Below, piece by piece: positions 57,815-64,000 of a stretch of 64,000 bases of DNA. This DNA comes from a virus. Made by a program: the position numbers and the translations under genes. The first letter of the stretch is position 1; each line of letters begins with the position of its first letter. The notes below the pieces were generated by a model. That model was not told where the DNA came from and ran no database searches. It saw only the letters and a program-made list of their open reading frames with translations. The stretch lies in IMG/VR virus record IMGVR_UViG_3300025009_000054, positions 1 through 64,000 of that record; one strand, written 5' to 3'.

Positions 57815-58582
57815 TTATAGAACCATGTCGCCAAATACTAATCTCAGATCTTTTTTAATAGTACTAATGCGGTTGACAACACGTGTCTCACTAATACCAA
57901 ACATTGCGCTTATGGTCTTGTAGTTTTGTTCGGGGAGGAAGAAGTAAGCGTGGAATATATCGTAATCAAATTTTGTATAATTATTGAGTATGTGATCTAG
58001 CATTGTATCGACAAGTGACTTCGCATCTAACCTAGCGATTATAGCATCGGTATTGTCATCCACACATGGGCTTAAAGCATCTAAAACTGACGGATCCCCT
58101 ACCAGAACATTTCTATTCTGGTCGCGCATTAGTCGTTCTATTTTATCGAGAGCCCTAATGGACAACATCCTCTTTACAAATACATTATAATATGCAGGAC
58201 CACCAATAGTATAGTCATGTAATGTAAGCTTAGTAAATTCACTACGCGACCACACATATAACTCTTCCCACGATATTAAATTTGCATGACCTATGTAGTA
58301 TTTCTTAGTAACGCTAACAATAAGGGCTTCAAATTGTCTGAGTAGCCACTCCATAGACTCATTATCGCCATCCTGTGACAATGCTACGCGTCTATTTATT
58401 TCCGCTATTAGTGCTTTTTTACCACCGGTGCCGCCCTGTACATGACTAGGCGGCACCACTTCAATGCTATGCTCAGGCGATCTACACATATCGCATAGAC
58501 CCACATCATTATCTGAATCGATTAGATATCTAATTCCACATTCGGCACATGTGCCAAATATACCATCAGGTCCCATCACCAT
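57815..58582 (-). CDS. sigma-70-family RNA polymerase sigma factor with N-terminal Zn ribbon
   Basis: SQDGDNESMEWLLRQFEALIVS (region 2) and QNYKTISAMFGISETRVVNRISTIKKDLR (region 4). Confidence 0.75.
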   Translation of the reverse strand: MVMGPDGIFGTCAECGIRYLIDSDNDVGLCDMCRSPEHSIEVVPPSHVQGGTGGKKALIAEINRRVALSQDGDNESMEWLLRQFEALIVSVTKKYYIGHANLISWEELYVWSRSEFTKLTLHDYTIGGPAYYNVFVKRMLSIRALDKIERLMRDQNRNVLVGDPSVLDALSPCVDDNTDAIIARLDAKSLVDTMLDHILNNYTKFDYDIFHAYFFLPEQNYKTISAMFGISETRVVNRISTIKKDLRLVFGDMVL

Positions 58583-60305
58583 AGCTAACCATCCTCACCG
58601 TACTGGTACTGCCAGTATCGGACACTGTATAAACGTAGTCCATCTGATCGTGAATATCGTCCACATGACTAATTATAAAAACCTGATCGACTGCGCACAA
58701 TGGTGACCTAAATAACGATATCATCAGTTGTCTACGCTCACGGTCCAATGTACTTAATATCTCATCCATAAACATTGAGTGTATGCCCCTGCCAGAATAT
58801 TCGGACAGCACTCTAGATATAGCCAATCTTAGTGACATATTGAACACGTCTATCTCCCCACCGGAGAACGTCGACAGTGGGTGCAATCCATCGCCACTAT
58901 ATATCTGGATATTATAATTATCATCTACTACAACCTGATTATACTTGCCATCAGTCAAGTGAGTAGTGTATTGGCTAGCGTAGTATCCCAGTAATGGTAG
59001 GATTCTACTAGTCACCTCAGATCTAAAACCAGTTAAAAGACGCTCTAATTGTGTTAGTTTGTGTTTATCACATAGTAGCGCATCGACAGTATTTTTATGT
59101 GAGTCGTATTGCGATATAGTTGACGATATTATCACTATCCTATTCTCAATACGAGAGATGTCCTGGCGCAAGGCGGACTGCACCCCCATAGCATTATTAT
59201 ATTCCGCACTTACTTGTCTATAACGATTGGCATGTTCAGACATCATCGCATTAATTCTAGCGGTAATACCATCGGCAGCATCATTATGAGTGTTAACATT
59301 AGTATTGGCAGATTCCCAATCAGCCCTACGTCTATTTATATTCAAATCAAGCACACTATACTTCTCGCTAAGGTCTACTGATGTTTTATTATATTGTTCA
59401 CCCATAGTACCGAAACACGTCGGGCATACGCCATTGGGACCCAATGCATTAATGCCCTGAATCTGTTCATATATAACGTGTTGACGAGACGCTAGACCTG
59501 ATATCTCGTTCATTATGTCGTCACGTACACGCATCCAAGCATGGCATTCACCTTGTTCACGTGCAAGTTCTACCTTAATATCATCAATAAATTGCGGTTG
59601 ACTTGGAAATAGATCAATCTTATTCTTTAGGTCAGATACGACTTGATTACACTCGTCAATAAGTGTCTGATTATTTGTGAGCTGAGTATTTAAATCACTC
59701 AACTCATCTTTCATAGATGATACGTCCGATACTATATATGGCTGGTGTTCCCCAACACGCTGATCTATGGACCTAGATTTGGAACGTGTTTCCGTGATAG
59801 CCTTATCAACACGGTTTACTCCAAGCATCGACATGATGATCTCGCGTCTTTGTGCAGGTTGTAAACTACTTAGGGCATCTATCTCTTTCTGTTTACAAAA
59901 CATTGATACCATGAATGGCTTATATCCCATTCCAAGTATGCTAGCCATCGACTTACCTACAGCATCAACGCCATGTGCTATCTCTACTCCTCCGGTGATT
60001 ATTGATGCTGTTATGGTATCATTAGTACCCTTCATTTCACGCAGGACTGTATAATCAATTCCATCTATGGAGAATGTAATTGATACTGATACGGGTTGTT
60101 TAGATGTTGACCCTCTCTTACGTAAGGCTGACTTTACATCTTTACCACTCTGCTGGATACCATATAGTGCCCATGCTATTGCACCCATAAAATTACTTTT
60201 ACCACTACCATTAGGACCAGTTATGCCTATTAGTCCACATGGCACGTCCATGTCTACCTCAGTGAATTGACAAAAATTAGCAATTTGTATGTGTTTAATA
60301 ATCAC
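58566..60305 (-). CDS. sbcC: Rad50/SbcC-like SMC ATPase
   Basis: GPNGSGKS Walker A, CPTC Zn hook, FSGGE signature, MFMDE Walker B, ISH. Confidence 0.93.
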   Translation of the reverse strand: MIIKHIQIANFCQFTEVDMDVPCGLIGITGPNGSGKSNFMGAIAWALYGIQQSGKDVKSALRKRGSTSKQPVSVSITFSIDGIDYTVLREMKGTNDTITASIITGGVEIAHGVDAVGKSMASILGMGYKPFMVSMFCKQKEIDALSSLQPAQRREIIMSMLGVNRVDKAITETRSKSRSIDQRVGEHQPYIVSDVSSMKDELSDLNTQLTNNQTLIDECNQVVSDLKNKIDLFPSQPQFIDDIKVELAREQGECHAWMRVRDDIMNEISGLASRQHVIYEQIQGINALGPNGVCPTCFGTMGEQYNKTSVDLSEKYSVLDLNINRRRADWESANTNVNTHNDAADGITARINAMMSEHANRYRQVSAEYNNAMGVQSALRQDISRIENRIVIISSTISQYDSHKNTVDALLCDKHKLTQLERLLTGFRSEVTSRILPLLGYYASQYTTHLTDGKYNQVVVDDNYNIQIYSGDGLHPLSTFSGGEIDVFNMSLRLAISRVLSEYSGRGIHSMFMDEILSTLDRERRQLMISLFRSPLCAVDQVFIISHVDDIHDQMDYVYTVSDTGSTSTVRMVSYGDGT

Positions 60306-61432
60306 TTATCATCTTCCTCCATCATAGACGTTCCCATGTCAATTATTTCCTGAGGTTGACCAGCACTATATTCCATCCACATCGATACCAGATCAACTCT
60401 ACTGGATGTACCATTACCTATCATTTCCATGTCGATAGTCTTGATATTGAACTTGTAATACGGTGATCCCATCAATACACTCTTAATCTGGCCCCAGTTT
60501 ATTGAGGCATGTAAATCCTTTCGCATACCGATTATATTAATTCTAAGTAATAAATCTTTACTTGGCAAAGATTCTATATAATTGCATATGGAGTCGGTTG
60601 CCTCTGCGGGATTTAGGGTACTAAGATCTATCGGTGGTGAATCGATCATTGGACGTGTTGGTATTGGTATGGCGTCAATTGATATGCTATCCATAGCTGC
60701 ACTATACTTGATGTGATATGCATAACATGGTGCCGCCTCATCAAACCCACCACGCTCCGTACCACCTGGTATCAATACCAGCTTATCGGTGCCAGGATTC
60801 GGATATATGTAATGTTGATTATGATTATGTCCAACGATAGTAAGCCTTGCATTGTCCGGTATTTTATCCATGCGAAGTACGCATTGTGCACCACTTACAG
60901 GACAATCAGGAGTGGCTACATTAGTATGTGCTACGATTATATTATAGCACTCTTTTACTGTTACTATGGAATCCATATACTGATCGAACTGTTCCTGTGT
61001 ATCTACGTATGGAATAACGTGTACAACCACATCTATTGACGAGATCGGTATCACCCTCATATCACCATGAACAAATACCACGTTCTGTTGGAAATGGAAA
61101 GCTTCATCCATCACTGAGAATATGTGTCCAGTAGACGTAGTTTTCGGTGTACAATGGTTTCCAGCATCGACAATAACCATCTTCGCCACTTTTCCCATAA
61201 TTCTGTGCTGGTTTATGGCGAATGTTGTGGTACGTGAACTTGGTCTAACGCGCTCAAACAGATCGCCAGCATTTATGACAAAATCAGGCTTTAATTCCTG
61301 TACCTTCTGTGTACAGAATGCGAATGCATCCCTAAAGTCTAATTCCCTCATGTTAACGCCGTCTATGGTCTTATATCCCGCGCTATAATCTAGGTGCGGG
61401 TCTGAAAATACTATTGCCGTCCAATCTTTCAT
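60302..61432 (-). CDS. sbcD: Mre11/SbcD-like nuclease
   Basis: SDPH, AGDLFE, AGNH, VAH and GHNH metallophosphoesterase motifs. Confidence 0.9.
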   Translation of the reverse strand: MKDWTAIVFSDPHLDYSAGYKTIDGVNMRELDFRDAFAFCTQKVQELKPDFVINAGDLFERVRPSSRTTTFAINQHRIMGKVAKMVIVDAGNHCTPKTTSTGHIFSVMDEAFHFQQNVVFVHGDMRVIPISSIDVVVHVIPYVDTQEQFDQYMDSIVTVKECYNIIVAHTNVATPDCPVSGAQCVLRMDKIPDNARLTIVGHNHNQHYIYPNPGTDKLVLIPGGTERGGFDEAAPCYAYHIKYSAAMDSISIDAIPIPTRPMIDSPPIDLSTLNPAEATDSICNYIESLPSKDLLLRINIIGMRKDLHASINWGQIKSVLMGSPYYKFNIKTIDMEMIGNGTSSRVDLVSMWMEYSAGQPQEIIDMGTSMMEEDDK

Positions 61433-61442
61433 AATCTCCTCT

Positions 61443-62792
61443 TTAATCTATCCCATCGCAGTCGATATCATCCTGTATTGCACTAAACCTAGTGAACTTA
61501 TCGCCACCCTGAAACTTTTTATATGATTGCATCTGATCTACATAGCCCCTACTAGAGTCAAATAATGGGTCTGGATGGTAATATGTGATATCACCCTCAG
61601 GCTGAAGATGATTTTGTATATCCGGCATCGCATCCTGCATCTCCTCGGATATGATATTATATATATCAGTAATGCGTCCACTAAGGTTAATTATACGGTC
61701 TTCATATTCCTCTTTAAGAACATTATACTCTTTTCGTAGATCATCAAGCTCATCTTTATGAGAAGCAATTACCTCATTACGTGTCGATCGTAATTCATTT
61801 ACAAGATCGGTACGCGATTCCTCAGTATTACTCTCCAAGTTTTCATCTTGAAATTTAGCTACCCATGACCTAACCAACCTACGTAATACGCCAGGGTGTA
61901 ACGCCTCAAGTGCGTCGAGTTCTACAGCTCCAGTACCAAATTCTAGTTCAAATCTAGCTTTCCTACGTTCAGTTTCCTTTATAGGAATACGTGGCAGATG
62001 ATATTGCTGTATTTGCTCCTGCGTCAACATGATAGGAATAAGTTGTATGTCTTGATCTAATCCTCTATCTTTAATAAAGTACTCAAGCTTCCTCGACACT
62101 GATACTGGCATCGTCTGTCCTGCAGGGTCAAAATCACTTATGTACAAAATGCGAGTTGGTTTTCCTACATCTTCAATCCTCTTAACGGCATTTAATGTCG
62201 CTGTAAGGGATAACTCACCGAGCCCCGTCACAAGGTTAACACTACGACCCTGACAGATTGGTAATAGTATATCATTCATGGTGGATTTCTCACACCATAT
62301 CTCTATATTTATTGGCTGGATTGTGTCATAATCGTATATGGTATATCTTGGCATATCAGGAAACTGAGGGAGCGTTACATCGCTAAACCCATATGTATCA
62401 ACATTTATCGATGGTTCGGCTGGTGGATTACTATATATATGCGGATCCGGATTGCGCCTATCGACAAATGCACCTGGGTCTACTAATCCTAGATATCTAG
62501 CAGCTTTAGCGGCTTCACTAATAAATCCCCAACATTTCTCAGTGTTATGATATGGATCACCATTGGGCATCATTGGTGGTGGTGACTGACTGACGAGTTG
62601 ATAATGCACACGTCTAATGTGTACACCGTAATCATAACCATATTCATCCCACAAACCTTTAAACCATCTAGCTAACGTCTTGTCACTCTCTGTACCGACA
62701 TAGAATGGATCATTATTGGGCGATAATGCGACTAGATCGCCTACACGGCACCCAATATCCTTAGCCATTCTCTTGATATCATCGTAATTCAT
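61443..62792 (-). CDS. Toprim-domain protein (TopoVI-A/Spo11/JetD-like) with C-terminal coiled coil
   Basis: IRRVHYQL, EIWCEKST, ILYISDFDPAG and ELDAL motifs. Confidence 0.72.
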   Translation of the reverse strand: MNYDDIKRMAKDIGCRVGDLVALSPNNDPFYVGTESDKTLARWFKGLWDEYGYDYGVHIRRVHYQLVSQSPPPMMPNGDPYHNTEKCWGFISEAAKAARYLGLVDPGAFVDRRNPDPHIYSNPPAEPSINVDTYGFSDVTLPQFPDMPRYTIYDYDTIQPINIEIWCEKSTMNDILLPICQGRSVNLVTGLGELSLTATLNAVKRIEDVGKPTRILYISDFDPAGQTMPVSVSRKLEYFIKDRGLDQDIQLIPIMLTQEQIQQYHLPRIPIKETERRKARFELEFGTGAVELDALEALHPGVLRRLVRSWVAKFQDENLESNTEESRTDLVNELRSTRNEVIASHKDELDDLRKEYNVLKEEYEDRIINLSGRITDIYNIISEEMQDAMPDIQNHLQPEGDITYYHPDPLFDSSRGYVDQMQSYKKFQGGDKFTRFSAIQDDIDCDGID

Positions 62793-62807
62793 ATTATTTA
62801 ACCCTTT

Positions 62808-63026
62808 CTACTGATATCCATGCACATACATCGTAAACATGCTCTGTGTCCACTCATCGATACGAGCCCTACCAGCACTAAGTGGGCACGCACTGAATAG
62901 CGTGCCCTTCTTATGTGCGGTAAGCCATGCCTCATACTGCGCAGATTTCTTATTATACACTATTTCCAGTAGAGGCATTATTCCATCAACAGGACCACTC
63001 ATTCTAGTCCTACTATGACTAATCAT
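62808..63026 (-). CDS. hypothetical protein
   Basis: ORF track. Confidence 0.5.
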   Translation of the reverse strand: MISHSRTRMSGPVDGIMPLLEIVYNKKSAQYEAWLTAHKKGTLFSACPLSAGRARIDEWTQSMFTMYVHGYQ

Positions 63027-64000
63027 TATCCAGCACCCTCAATTAACGTAATATTGGACACTACCAGTTGTGGCTTATCCCTATTATTCGATACCTTACC
63101 TCGCATCATGCAAATAACACCGTTCTTAGCATATTCACCACAATTGATATATGCCTTGGGGAATATTACAAAGTCTAGTGTCTGTTCATCATCAGCAATA
63201 ACTCCCATACACATATCTTCTTTCTTCGCATGTGTCTTAACAATACGCGCCGATGAAATTCGCCCTAAGACGGTTAATTCACAGCCCTCATTGGCTAGGG
63301 CAGTATCCATGCTTACAGCTTCATGCGTGAGAACCTGGTATCTCTCTTTGTAATAGACGAGCGATGATACCGTTAGCTCATTACCGAGTAAACTACGCTC
63401 AGCATTTGCTATTTCTACATGTGACATGCCAGCCGCAATTCTACAACCTGGATTTACTACCTCAAATGCTCCAGCTTTAAATAGTGCTTCTCTCATCGCG
63501 GAGTTAACTATCTTGGCAGGCATCCTGGCCTTTAGATCATCGATTGAAGTGAATGGACCGTTGGCATCACGTTCCACTATGATTTTCTCTGCGCATCCAG
63601 ATATACCTCTAACTGACTGCAATCCTAGATATATAGACCCATCAGTTGGTGTATATTCACATAACGATGAATTGATATCCGGTGGCCTGAGATGGATTCC
63701 ACGTTTTCTACATTCCAGAATGAGTGTGGGCTTTCTATCTTCCTTCGCGTGATTGAGCATCGCCGCGAAGAACTGCGATGGGTATTTTGCTGATAGCCAT
63801 GCTGTCCAGCATGTAATTACTGCATAACTTGAAGCGTGTGCCCTATTGAATGAGTATCCTGCGAAGAGCTCTATGTTGTCCCATAGGGCAGTCGCCTTCT
63901 CCCTGGACATACCTCTCTCGACTGCTCCATTAGTAAACGCTTCCCTATAAGGCTGTATTATTTCTTTCTTTTTCTTCGATACAGCCTTAACGATCTTATA
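63026..64000 (-). CDS. dnaE: DNA polymerase III alpha subunit, C-terminal part (5' end outside window)
   Basis: FAGYSFNRAHASSY, PPDINSS, GLQSVRGI and OB fold; frame open to 64000. Confidence 0.93.
   Translation of the reverse strand, partial: YKIVKAVSKKKKEIIQPYREAFTNGAVERGMSREKATALWDNIELFAGYSFNRAHASSYAVITCWTAWLSAKYPSQFFAAMLNHAKEDRKPTLILECRKRGIHLRPPDINSSLCEYTPTDGSIYLGLQSVRGISGCAEKIIVERDANGPFTSIDDLKARMPAKIVNSAMREALFKAGAFEVVNPGCRIAAGMSHVEIANAERSLLGNELTVSSLVYYKERYQVLTHEAVSMDTALANEGCELTVLGRISSARIVKTHAKKEDMCMGVIADDEQTLDFVIFPKAYINCGEYAKNGVICMMRGKVSNNRDKPQLVVSNITLIEGAG

Noticed and set aside
58566-62792. Wadjet (JetABCD) defence system
   Set aside because: The SMC has a Rad50 Zn hook and an Mre11 partner; no JetA or JetB is present.
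513-63752. Plus-strand ORFs in the ORF track
   Set aside because: They overlap better-supported minus-strand genes, lack RBSs or recognisable motifs, and have the Ser/Ile/Phe-rich composition of antisense shadows.
1-64000. Stop-codon reassignment
   Set aside because: Conserved genes are intact in the standard code and end at expected positions with TAG, TGA or TAA (e.g. rtcB ends in TAG); no suppressor tRNA seen.

Overview
64 kb of a large tailed-phage (probably jumbo-type) genome. Almost every credible gene is on the minus strand, and most have GGAGG ribosome-binding sites. Reading in the direction of transcription (right to left): (1) replication and recombination genes at 57.8-64 kb (DnaE C-terminus, a Toprim protein, Mre11/SbcD, Rad50/SbcC, a sigma-70-family factor); (2) packaging and probable head-cargo genes at 41.7-57.8 kb (putative small terminase, large terminase, and acidic modular proteins punctuated by a recurring (M/P/R)RTA(Q/S) motif); (3) a run of small accessory genes at 25.7-41.5 kb (RNase H, HAD, HD-domain hydrolase, tRNA-Leu); (4) about 1 kb of structured non-coding DNA at 24.7-25.7 kb; (5) a promoter-dense cassette region at 8.5-24.7 kb containing seven Ros/MucR-like zinc-finger paralogues; (6) RtcB and split CoaB/CoaC at the left end. 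The most striking signal is a candidate private transcription system. Nineteen dispersed copies of an ECF-type promoter (minus strand GGCACC-N17-CGTCTACACT, spacer exactly 17 nt in every copy) occur together with an unusual 820-aa protein that contains a complete ECF sigma factor plus a KOW/SH3-like tail, encoded among the putative protease-processed virion cargo genes. One cargo module is a clear paralogue of a free-standing gene elsewhere in the window. All functional calls come from motif recognition by eye; no database search was run.
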